64,000 nucleotides of DNA, from the NCBI GenBank assembly GCA_944336125.1, contig CALVLA010000001.1:32414-96413 (forward strand), given 5' to 3'. The notes under the pieces are model-generated. The model saw nothing but the letters and a program-made list of their open reading frames with translations. It did not search any database and had not been told where the DNA came from. The number at the start of each line of letters is the position of its first letter. Within the stretch, counting starts at the first letter, position 1. Made by a program: the position numbers and the translations under genes. Source of the DNA: an uncultured Clostridia bacterium. Lineage in GTDB: Bacteria; Bacillota; Clostridia; Christensenellales; CAG-314. Positions 8,730 to 16,666 of this stretch are shown here, piece after piece.

Positions 8730-9594
8730 TTTGTTTATTTTCCTCCAGATATTTGTCAAACACTTTTTGGGTAGTGTCTCTTATTGCGATGTGCAAAACG
8801 TTGCGTAAAACGCAGGTATATTTTTGAAGCTCCAAATCGTTGTAACTTTCAGCGATTTTGTTGAGAGTAGTGTAAAAGATAAACTCAAGGTCGTCAAGAT
8901 GATCTTTCACGAAAGTTTTCGGAGAAGTAAAGTCGCCGAAACAAGATATGAAAGGATTGTAGCTTTTTTTCTTAAAATCTTTTTCGAGGTCGTCCAGCGC
9001 GTCAACGAGATAAATCCATTTTCCCAGGTTGTAACACAGGTTTTCGATGTACTCGTTGGATTTTTCCCCTAAAACGCATTTGCAAAACACTTTCGAAAGT
9101 TCCGCAAAAGGATGACAGATTTTATCGAAAATCTGGCAATGCTCTTTTTCCAGTCCCGTAAGTTCGCGGTAGCTTTGCAAAATGCTTTCGTCCAGCTCGG
9201 GAAACATTTTTTTTGCTTTTTTGTAAAGCGGTTTGACCGCGGCAAGTGCCATCTTTTTTTTGAAAGATTTTTCGTCAAGCACGTCGTCCATAAGGTTGAC
9301 GTAAGACAAAATGATGTTTGCCTGACTGAGCTTGTCGGTCAGCCAGTCGCGCTTAAGGTATGAGCGAACTTTAATGGGAGTGGTAATGCAGTGCCCGTTT
9401 ACCACTTCGACATCGATGTCCAAAAAGCTGTGAAAAAGCGTATTGAAAAACGCCATATCGAAGTTTGTCAGCATGCGCGCGCGGAAGCCGAACTGTTCTT
9501 TGCTTGAAATGCAGATAGCGCAAAAGAAAGCGTGATAAAGACCGAATTCGTTTCCTTCGCTTTTTTCCCTGCTGGCTTTAATGTAACCGAACAT
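8713..9594 (-). CDS. DUF5685-like hypothetical protein
   Basis: 293 aa. The MFGYIK...YHAFFCAICISS N-terminus resembles the Firmicutes DUF5685 family as I remember it. Its ATG overlaps the trpS TGA (TGATG). Confidence 0.55.
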   Translation of the reverse strand: MFGYIKASREKSEGNEFGLYHAFFCAICISSKEQFGFRARMLTNFDMAFFNTLFHSFLDIDVEVVNGHCITTPIKVRSYLKRDWLTDKLSQANIILSYVNLMDDVLDEKSFKKKMALAAVKPLYKKAKKMFPELDESILQSYRELTGLEKEHCQIFDKICHPFAELSKVFCKCVLGEKSNEYIENLCYNLGKWIYLVDALDDLEKDFKKKSYNPFISCFGDFTSPKTFVKDHLDDLEFIFYTTLNKIAESYNDLELQKYTCVLRNVLHIAIRDTTQKVFDKYLEENKQSEQSV

Positions 9595-10601
9595 CAGCGC
9601 AACTTAGGGATAAACCCTACCTTTTTGTAAACTTTCTGCAAAGTCCTGTTTGCGATGCGTTCTGCCTTTTCGCTTCCCTCTTTGAGGATATTTTCAAGGT
9701 AAGCCTTGTCTGCGGCAAGACGTTTTTGTTCGCTTTGGATAGGCGAAATCGCTTCGATAACGCTTTCCGCAACGGCAATTTTAAATTCGCCGTAACCTTT
9801 GCCGGCAAACCTTTCCTCTGCCTTTTGGATTGTTTCGCCCGAAAAAGCCGAATAAATGGTAAGCAGGTTGCTTACGCCGGGTTTGTTTTCCTTGTCGAAA
9901 CGAATTTCGGTATCGCTGTCGGTAACCGCCCTTTTGAACTTTCTCAATATTGCGTCCTTGTCGTCAAACATGGTAACGACGGCGTTTTCGTTTACGTCGG
10001 ACTTAGACATTTTCGCGTTAGGTTCCTGCAGGCTCATGATTTTAGCCCCCACCTTAGGAGTAAGGCAGTCAGGAACAACGAAAGTCGGCGAAAAACGCGA
10101 GTTAAACCTTTGAGCGAGGTCGCGCGCAAGTTCGACGTGCTGTTTTTGGTCAACGCCCACGGGAACGAGGTCTGTCTGATAAAGCAAAATGTCGCTTGCC
10201 ATAAGTACAGGATAGTCCATAAGTCCCATGTTTATGTTGTCGGCATGCTTTCTCGACTTGTCCTTGAACTGAGTCATTCTGTTCATTTCGCCGACGTAAG
10301 CGATGGTATTCAAAACCCAAGCCAGTTCGGTATGAGCCGAAACGTGAGACTGAACGAAAAGAATGCTCTTTTGGGGGTCAAGACCGCAGGCGAGATAAAG
10401 AGACAAAAGGTCAAAAGTATTTTTTCTGAGTTCCGCAGGAATTTGCGAAACGGTAATTGAATGCAAATCCACTACGCAGAAAATGCAGTCATACTGTTCC
10501 TGCATAGGCACCCAGTTTTTGATTGAACCGATATAGTTGCCTATCGTAATTTTACCGGTAGGCTGAACGCCGCTGAAAACGACTTGTTTTTTGCCATCCA
10601 T
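9594..10601 (-). CDS. trpS: Tryptophan--tRNA ligase
   Basis: 335 aa class I aaRS with the GKITIGNYIG (HIGH-type) region and the KMSKS loop. Confidence 0.95.
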   Translation of the reverse strand: MDGKKQVVFSGVQPTGKITIGNYIGSIKNWVPMQEQYDCIFCVVDLHSITVSQIPAELRKNTFDLLSLYLACGLDPQKSILFVQSHVSAHTELAWVLNTIAYVGEMNRMTQFKDKSRKHADNINMGLMDYPVLMASDILLYQTDLVPVGVDQKQHVELARDLAQRFNSRFSPTFVVPDCLTPKVGAKIMSLQEPNAKMSKSDVNENAVVTMFDDKDAILRKFKRAVTDSDTEIRFDKENKPGVSNLLTIYSAFSGETIQKAEERFAGKGYGEFKIAVAESVIEAISPIQSEQKRLAADKAYLENILKEGSEKAERIANRTLQKVYKKVGFIPKLR

Positions 10602-10649
10602 AATAGATACCTCGGGGATATATTAACAAAAAAGAGCAATTTTGACAAC

Positions 10650-10681
10650 AAAAAAGGCTGTTCGGAAGAACAGCCTAAAAA
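10650..10681 (-). terminator. Rho-independent terminator after the P-loop gene
   Basis: Stem GGCTGTTC(10656-10663)/GAACAGCC(10668-10675) followed by a T-run on the minus strand. Confidence 0.75.
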
Positions 10682-10698
10682 CAAAACTCGTTTAAAGG

Positions 10699-11112
10699 TC
10701 AGATTTGTTGAAAAGACGCAAGAAACTCAGGCAATTTAGCAGGATCTCTGCTGATGGTGAGGATAACGTTTACGTCCCTGTTTTTGATAGTTCTGTCGAG
10801 GCAAGCGAAGAAAGCGCCGAGTTCGTCAACCGAGTGACCGGTAATTTTAACGATGCCGTCGACAAAGATGTCGGTGATGTCGTAGTTGGTAGCGAGCATA
10901 CCTTTAATGAAAGCCACGAGTTCGTTGTCCGAAGCGATGTGATACTCGGACATATCGTTGAGGCGAACCTTGTAAGAGAGCGCCAGTTTATGTGAATCGT
11001 CTTTGTCAAGGAAGACGACGGTACCTTTCGAGGTATTGGCAGTATCGTTAGCCAAGTCGAGGATTTTTTTAGTTTTGCCGGAACCTTTTTCACCGCAGAT
11101 AAGTTTAATCAA
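10699..11112 (-). CDS. Small stand-alone P-loop NTPase-like protein (hypothetical)
   Basis: 137 aa with Walker A GEKGSGKT at residues 7-14 and a possible Walker B VVFLDKDD. TTG start with GGAGG 9 nt upstream. Confidence 0.5.
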   Translation of the reverse strand: MIKLICGEKGSGKTKKILDLANDTANTSKGTVVFLDKDDSHKLALSYKVRLNDMSEYHIASDNELVAFIKGMLATNYDITDIFVDGIVKITGHSVDELGAFFACLDRTIKNRDVNVILTISRDPAKLPEFLASFQQI

Positions 11113-11189
11113 TGTAGTGTACCTCCTAATTAACTATATTTTATCAAAAATAAAATATATTTCAATAGCTTTTAAAAAATAAATAAAAT

Positions 11190-12389
11190 TTAGTCAATCT
11201 GACCTATGAAATCGATAATACGCTCAACACCCTTTTTGATTTGAGCCTCGCTTGTAGCGTAGGAAAGCCTTACGAAAAGCGGAGCGCCGAAGCCCTCGCA
11301 AGGGACGGTAGCCACGTAAGCGTATTTTATAAGGAGGTCGGCAAAATCGAATGCGGACGAAATTTTGTTTCCTTTGTAAGAACGGCCGAACAGCTTGCTT
11401 ACGTTAAGCATGAGGTAAAACGCGCCGGAAGGAGTAACAACCGAAACGTCTTTGGCGTTTTTAAAGAGATCAACGATGAGCTTGCGTCTGCCGTCGAAAG
11501 TTTTTTGCATGTCGGCGATAAAGTCATTGCCCCCTTTCAAAGCTGCGCATGCGGCATATTGAGCAATGGAGTTTGTGTTTGAAGTCTGGTGAGACTGAAG
11601 TCCGCTCAACGCCTTTGCGATTTGAACGGTAGGACAAGCCACGTAACCAATACGCCAGCCCGTCATAGCATATGATTTCGACATACCGTTTACAACGAAA
11701 GTACGGTTGTACATATCCTGGTCGTAAGCGGCTATTGAGAAATGTTGTTTTCCGTCGTAAACGAGCTTTTCGTAAATTTCGTCTGAAATAACCCAAATGT
11801 CAGGATATTTTTTAAGCATTTCGGCAAGTTTGGACAACTGATCTTTGTCGTAAACAACGCCGGTAGGGTTGTTAGGAGTGTTGATGAGGATAGCGCGTGT
11901 TTTGTCTGTGATGGCCTTTTCGATTTTTTCGATGTTAAGGTTAAAATCGTCGTCGGCAAGGTCAACTGACACGACTTTTCCGCCGCAGAATTTGACCATT
12001 TCAGGGTAAGAGAGCCAGTAAGGAGCGAGGAGAATTACTTCGTCCCCTTCCTGTACGATTGTCTGAAATACGTTGTACAAACTTTGTTTTCCGCCGGTGG
12101 AAACAATGATTTGGTCTGAGACGTAATCAAGACCGTTGTCGTCCTTAAATTTTTTGCAAATCTGCTCGCGGAATTCTTTTGTTCCGGGAACAGGGGTGTA
12201 TTTGGTCATACCTTTGTCAAGCGCGACTTTGGCAGCGTCGATGATGTAGTCAGGGGTATTGAAGTCAGGTTCGCCCACTGCGAAGGAAACGACGTCAACG
12301 CCTTCGCTTTTCATTTTGTTTGCCTGCGTCGAGATAGCCAAAGTAAGGCTAGGCGACACGTTTTTTGCTCTGTCCGAAATTTTCAACAT
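11190..12389 (-). CDS. Class I/II PLP-dependent aminotransferase (aspartate aminotransferase-like)
   Basis: Trimmed to ATG 12389 (AAGGAG RBS), giving MLKISDRAKNVSPSLTLAI...GEPDFNTP. NPTG and the SKSYAMTGWRIGY (Lys-PLP) block are present. Confidence 0.85.
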   Translation of the reverse strand: MLKISDRAKNVSPSLTLAISTQANKMKSEGVDVVSFAVGEPDFNTPDYIIDAAKVALDKGMTKYTPVPGTKEFREQICKKFKDDNGLDYVSDQIIVSTGGKQSLYNVFQTIVQEGDEVILLAPYWLSYPEMVKFCGGKVVSVDLADDDFNLNIEKIEKAITDKTRAILINTPNNPTGVVYDKDQLSKLAEMLKKYPDIWVISDEIYEKLVYDGKQHFSIAAYDQDMYNRTFVVNGMSKSYAMTGWRIGYVACPTVQIAKALSGLQSHQTSNTNSIAQYAACAALKGGNDFIADMQKTFDGRRKLIVDLFKNAKDVSVVTPSGAFYLMLNVSKLFGRSYKGNKISSAFDFADLLIKYAYVATVPCEGFGAPLFVRLSYATSEAQIKKGVERIIDFIGQID

Positions 12390-12414
12390 AACAAATCTCC
12401 TTGTCACGAGTATA

Positions 12415-13482
12415 TTAACCGTTTCCCTGCAGTTTTGCGGTTTGGTCGGCGAGACGCAGCGCTTCAATCATCTGGTCGAGGTCGCCGTCGAGAAACTCGT
12501 CGAGGGAGTACAGAGTAAGCGATATACGGTGATCGGTAACCCTGCCCTGCGGGAAGTTGTAAGTTCTTATTCTTTCGCTTCTGTCCCCCGTGCCAATCTG
12601 CATTCTCCTTGTTTGAGAGTACTCTTTTTCGGCCTGGGAACGGTAAAAGTCGTAAAGTTTGCTTTTTAAAGTTTTCATTGCCTTGTCGCGGTTTTTGATT
12701 TGGCTGCGTTCGTCCTGGCAGGCGACAACGATACCCGTCGGCAAGTGCGTAATGCGGATTGCGCTTTCGGTCTTGTTTACGTGCTGACCGCCTGCGCCGC
12801 CGCTTCTGTAAGTGTCTATTTTGAGGTCTTTTTCTTCAATGACAACCTGAACGTCGTCAACTTCGGGAAGCACCGCCACGGTAATTGTGGAAGTGTGAAT
12901 TCTGCCCTGCGATTCGGTGGCAGGCACTCTCTGCACCCTGTGTACGCCCGACTCGTATTTAAGCCTGCTGTACGCCCCTTTGCCTATCACGGAAAAGGTG
13001 ACTTCCCTGACGCCTCCCAGTTCCGACTCGTTTATGTCGATTTCCTCTGTTTTCCACCTTTGTCTTTCGGCATAACGATAGTACATCCTCTGCGCTTCGG
13101 CGGCAAACAAAGCGGCTTCGTCGCCTCCCGCCCCCGCTCTTATCTCGATGATGACGTTGTTGTCGTCGTCAGGGTCTTTGGGTAAAAGCAAAATTTTAAG
13201 CTTTTCCTCTGTTTCGGGAATAAGATGCCTGAGCCTTTTGACTTCGTCTTCCAAAAGAAGCGTCATTTCCTCGTCTGCACCCAATTTCAAAAGATCTTCC
13301 GCCTCCGAAAGGTCTTTGTTCATCGCAAGCAGACTGTCGTAAGTTTCTACGATTTCGGTAAGCGACGAGTGTTCCTTGACGAGTTTTGTCCATTTGTTTT
13401 GGTCGGCAATGACGTCGGGCTGAGAGATAAGCTTTGTCAGTTCGGCGTATTTGTTTTTTATTTCGTCAAGTTTGTCAAACAC
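12415..13482 (-). CDS. prfA: Peptide chain release factor 1
   Basis: 355 aa. GTG start with a GGAG RBS. GGQ motif (RSGGAGGQHVNKTESA) and the RF1 PxT-type region VPATESQGRIHTS. Confidence 0.95.
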   Translation of the reverse strand: MFDKLDEIKNKYAELTKLISQPDVIADQNKWTKLVKEHSSLTEIVETYDSLLAMNKDLSEAEDLLKLGADEEMTLLLEDEVKRLRHLIPETEEKLKILLLPKDPDDDNNVIIEIRAGAGGDEAALFAAEAQRMYYRYAERQRWKTEEIDINESELGGVREVTFSVIGKGAYSRLKYESGVHRVQRVPATESQGRIHTSTITVAVLPEVDDVQVVIEEKDLKIDTYRSGGAGGQHVNKTESAIRITHLPTGIVVACQDERSQIKNRDKAMKTLKSKLYDFYRSQAEKEYSQTRRMQIGTGDRSERIRTYNFPQGRVTDHRISLTLYSLDEFLDGDLDQMIEALRLADQTAKLQGNG

Positions 13483-13485
13483 TCT

Positions 13486-15231
13486 TTAACTCCTCTTTTC
13501 AAAAATCAAAATCCTGTCAATGCCGTTGTAATCGGCAATTTTTTCCAGCAGGCAAAAGTCGTCGGCAATGGCGATTATGTCATCCGCCTGCCCGATGCCT
13601 ATTTCAAAAGCGACAACACCCTTTTTATTGAGATGTTCCCCAGCCTGCGAAAGAATTTTTCTGAAAAAATCAAGTCCGTCCTCTCCGCCGTCAAGAGCAA
13701 GCGAAGGCTCGTAGTTTTTGACGTTGTCGTCAAGCGTCAAAATGTCTGCGGTAGGAATGTAAGGCGGATTGCTTACAATCACGTCGAATTTGCCTTCGAC
13801 GTTTTCAAACAAATCGGAAAGTACCGTCTTTACTTCGGCTTTGAGGTTTTTAGCGTTTTTGGCAGTCACTTTCAACGCGCCGCCGCTTATGTCGCTTAAA
13901 GTAACGTCGCAGTTAGTTTTAAGTTTGAGCGTAATGCCTATCGCTCCGCTGCCGCAGCAAAGGTCAAGTACCTTTTTGTCAGCGGAAACATATTTGATTA
14001 GTTTATCGACAAGCAGTTCGGTTTCGAAACGCGGAATAAGCACGTCCCTGTTCACAAAAAACTTGTAACCGAAAAATTCGGTGTTTCCGATGATGTATTG
14101 CAAAGGCTCCCCTTCAAGCCTTCGCTTAAACATTTTTTCCGCCTTAATCTGCATGTAAGGGGTAACGTTTATTTCGTCCTTTAGCTCGTTGCGTTTGAGC
14201 AAAGTCACTTCGCACAAAATCCAGTCGATGTCGGCAAGGTCGTCTGCAAGTCCGTTTGCCTCAAAAAGTTCAATGGCCTTTTGCCTGAACTCTTTAAGCG
14301 GCATGGTTTTGGGAAATTTCGTTTCCTTTGCCTCAGGGTCGTTTTGCAAAGTCAAAACGGCGTTGAAACTTGCTATGGCAACTTCAATCATCGAGTCGTC
14401 AGGTTCTTTGGTGGTAAGCTTTTGCAGCCACGCTCCCGGAGCTTTTATCGGTTTAAGCACAGGACTGTCGGATTTTGCGAGCAGTTTCAAAACTTCGTAC
14501 GAAAGTCCCGCAACGACAGGAAGAAGCGCCAGCCTTGACAAAAGTCTGAGCCATGTGTTGTCGCTCCAACCGACGAACGAAAACACCACTACCGAAACAA
14601 AAAACACCAAAAACATAAAAGACGTTCCGCATCTGTCGTGAATGCGCGAACATTTTCTGACGTTTTCGACGGTAAGCTCCATTTCGTGTTCAAAGCAGTT
14701 TATGGTTTTGTGTTCGGCGCCGTGATACATAAAGACGCGCTTGATGTCTTTAAGTTTGGACACGGCAAACATATAAATCAAAAAAATCGCCAGTCTGAGA
14801 ATTCCGTCAATGAGGTTTTTCAAAAAAGGCGACAGCTGCCACGAAAAGACGTCTGTAACAAACTGCGTAACTACGTTTGGCAAAAAGAAAAACAAACCGA
14901 TTGACAAAACAAGGCTGATGAGGATTGTGAAAAACATCATGAGTCCCCAGCCTTTTTCTTGCTTGTCGGTAGCTTTTTTACCTTCGTTTTCCTCTACGAA
15001 AACCTCGCCCGACTTCATGAGAGTGCGCGTGCCGTTAATCATGGAATCGAAAAACGCCACCACGCCGCGAAGCACGGGAATTTTTTTCCACCACCTGTTT
15101 TTTTGAGCGAAACGAGATGAATCGATTCTGATTTGACCGCTTTCGTCCCTGACGGCGAGAGCTATGGCGGCGTCGCCTCTCATCATAACGCCTTCGATAA
15201 GAGCCTGACCGCCTATGTTAGTTTTTTTCAT
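13486..15231 (-). CDS. prmC: In-frame fusion of a DUF1385 (YqhQ-like) membrane domain with release-factor glutamine N5-methyltransferase PrmC
   Basis: Start taken at ATG 15231 (MKKTNIGGQALIEGVMMRG, the DUF1385 signature). The middle has several TM helices. The C-terminal half has the PrmC blocks PLQYIIGNTEFFG, VLIPRFETE, LDLCCGSGAIG and VSNPPYIP. It is a single uninterrupted ORF. Confidence 0.85.
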   Translation of the reverse strand: MKKTNIGGQALIEGVMMRGDAAIALAVRDESGQIRIDSSRFAQKNRWWKKIPVLRGVVAFFDSMINGTRTLMKSGEVFVEENEGKKATDKQEKGWGLMMFFTILISLVLSIGLFFFLPNVVTQFVTDVFSWQLSPFLKNLIDGILRLAIFLIYMFAVSKLKDIKRVFMYHGAEHKTINCFEHEMELTVENVRKCSRIHDRCGTSFMFLVFFVSVVVFSFVGWSDNTWLRLLSRLALLPVVAGLSYEVLKLLAKSDSPVLKPIKAPGAWLQKLTTKEPDDSMIEVAIASFNAVLTLQNDPEAKETKFPKTMPLKEFRQKAIELFEANGLADDLADIDWILCEVTLLKRNELKDEINVTPYMQIKAEKMFKRRLEGEPLQYIIGNTEFFGYKFFVNRDVLIPRFETELLVDKLIKYVSADKKVLDLCCGSGAIGITLKLKTNCDVTLSDISGGALKVTAKNAKNLKAEVKTVLSDLFENVEGKFDVIVSNPPYIPTADILTLDDNVKNYEPSLALDGGEDGLDFFRKILSQAGEHLNKKGVVAFEIGIGQADDIIAIADDFCLLEKIADYNGIDRILIFEKRS

Positions 15232-15240
15232 TAGGACCTT

Positions 15241-15272
15241 AAACAAAAAGGTACAGACTTAACCTGTACCCT
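15241..15272 (-). terminator. Rho-independent terminator after rpmE
   Basis: Stem GGTACAG(15250-15256)/CTGTACC(15264-15270), then TTTTTGTTT on the minus strand. It ends about 15 nt before the DUF1385::prmC start. Confidence 0.7.
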
Positions 15273-15293
15273 TCGCGCAAAAAATTTTGTTTA

Positions 15294-15497
15294 TTAAATA
15301 CCGTATTTCTTTTTGAATTTGTCCACACGGCCGCCGGCGTCAACCAATTTTTGTTTACCCGTAAAGTACGGATGGCATTTGTTGCAAATTTCAACTCTGA
15401 TAACGTCGGTATTTTTAGTCGAACCGGTTTTAAAAGTAGCGCCGCAAGCGCAAACGACTTCGACTTCTTTATATTGCGGATGGATACCCTCTTTCAT
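15294..15497 (-). CDS. rpmE: 50S ribosomal protein L31 (Zn-ribbon type A)
   Basis: Trimmed to [22 protein letters not shown]...[12 protein letters not shown] (67 aa). A TTGACA-17-TATACT promoter lies upstream on the minus strand. Confidence 0.95.
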   Translation of the reverse strand: MKEGIHPQYKEVEVVCACGATFKTGSTKNTDVIRVEICNKCHPYFTGKQKLVDAGGRVDKFKKKYGI

Positions 15498-15649
15498 AAT
15501 CTCACCTCTTAAATCAATATCTTGCCGAATTAGTATAAAGGCAAAAGAAACAAATGTCAAGTCATTTTAAGGCATAAAAAGTTAAATAGAGCCCAAGTGT
15601 TGATTGAAATTTTGAAAAGTGTTTGATATAATTTGAGCGAGGTAAAAAA

Positions 15650-16666
15650 ATGAAATCGTACATTTTGCAAAAAGCCAAAAAACTGACGCTTGAAAACAAT
15701 CCTCCGCGCAGCGTAAAAAGCGGTGAAATCAAGGTAAAAATCGAGCTTGCGGCAATCACTTCGACAGACCTGAGTATTTTCAACGGAAAACTTAAATGCG
15801 ACCTTCCGCTTATTTTGGGAAGGCAGGCGGTAGGCGTGGTAAGCGAAGTTTCGTCGGAAAACACAATGGGACTTCAAAAAGGCAACCGAGTGATAATCGA
15901 AGGATTTCTTCCGTGCGGCAAATGTTATTTTTGCAAAACAGGTCAATCGGGCAAGTGTGAAAACATGGAAGTGTTAGGATTTACCCGTGAAGGACTTTTC
16001 AGCGACTTTGCGGTAGTACCGGCAAGTTTGGCTCACGTAATCCCCGACCACATGTCAAACGCCACCGCGCTTTATACCGAATACGTGTCCATGGCGCTCA
16101 ATATTATCGAAAAAATCAAACTGCGCCCGGGTGAACACGTTGCCATTATGTCGGCAAACAAACTCGGTTACGTTTTGGCGCAACTTATTACCTACTATCA
16201 GGGCATAGCGATAGTTATCGACAACAATCAGCAGCAACTCGATAAACTTGCCGAGGAAAACATAAACTACACCCTCAACAGCAAACGAAACAGCTGGAAG
16301 GAAAACGTATCGGGTATAACCAGCGGCAGAATGTGCGAAAAGGTTGTATATCTCACAAACGCGGTTTTAAATTTTGACGACGCGGTAGACATCTGCGGCA
16401 TAAACGGCACGATATGCATAGCAGGCTTTTTGCCGGCAACCGACACTTGCAGTTTGGGCGAAGTTCACAACAAACAGCTGACGATAGTAAGCGAACAGAC
16501 TTCGCAAGGCAACTTTTCCGCCGCAATCAATATGCTTGCCACAAGGACGGTAAACGTGACGCGTCTCAGCGGCGAAACCTTCCGCTTTGCCGAGCTTCCG
16601 GAAAAAATGCTTGCCATGACGCAGGAGGAAGCAAAATACGGCGGTATTCACTTCAAAATAGATTAA
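15650..16666 (+). CDS. Medium-chain dehydrogenase/reductase family protein (Zn-ADH-like, catalytic-site ligands not conserved)
   Basis: 338 aa. The structural-Zn Cys cluster CGKCYFCKTGQSGKC is present. The catalytic Cys and GHE blocks read ITSTD and GRQAVG. Confidence 0.75.
   Translation: MKSYILQKAKKLTLENNPPRSVKSGEIKVKIELAAITSTDLSIFNGKLKCDLPLILGRQAVGVVSEVSSENTMGLQKGNRVIIEGFLPCGKCYFCKTGQSGKCENMEVLGFTREGLFSDFAVVPASLAHVIPDHMSNATALYTEYVSMALNIIEKIKLRPGEHVAIMSANKLGYVLAQLITYYQGIAIVIDNNQQQLDKLAEENINYTLNSKRNSWKENVSGITSGRMCEKVVYLTNAVLNFDDAVDICGINGTICIAGFLPATDTCSLGEVHNKQLTIVSEQTSQGNFSAAINMLATRTVNVTRLSGETFRFAELPEKMLAMTQEEAKYGGIHFKID

Noticed and set aside
10602-10698. I expected a T-box leader upstream of trpS.
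   Set aside because: The spacer is only 97 nt and is largely the terminator of the preceding gene. There is no specifier or T-box sequence, so none is called.
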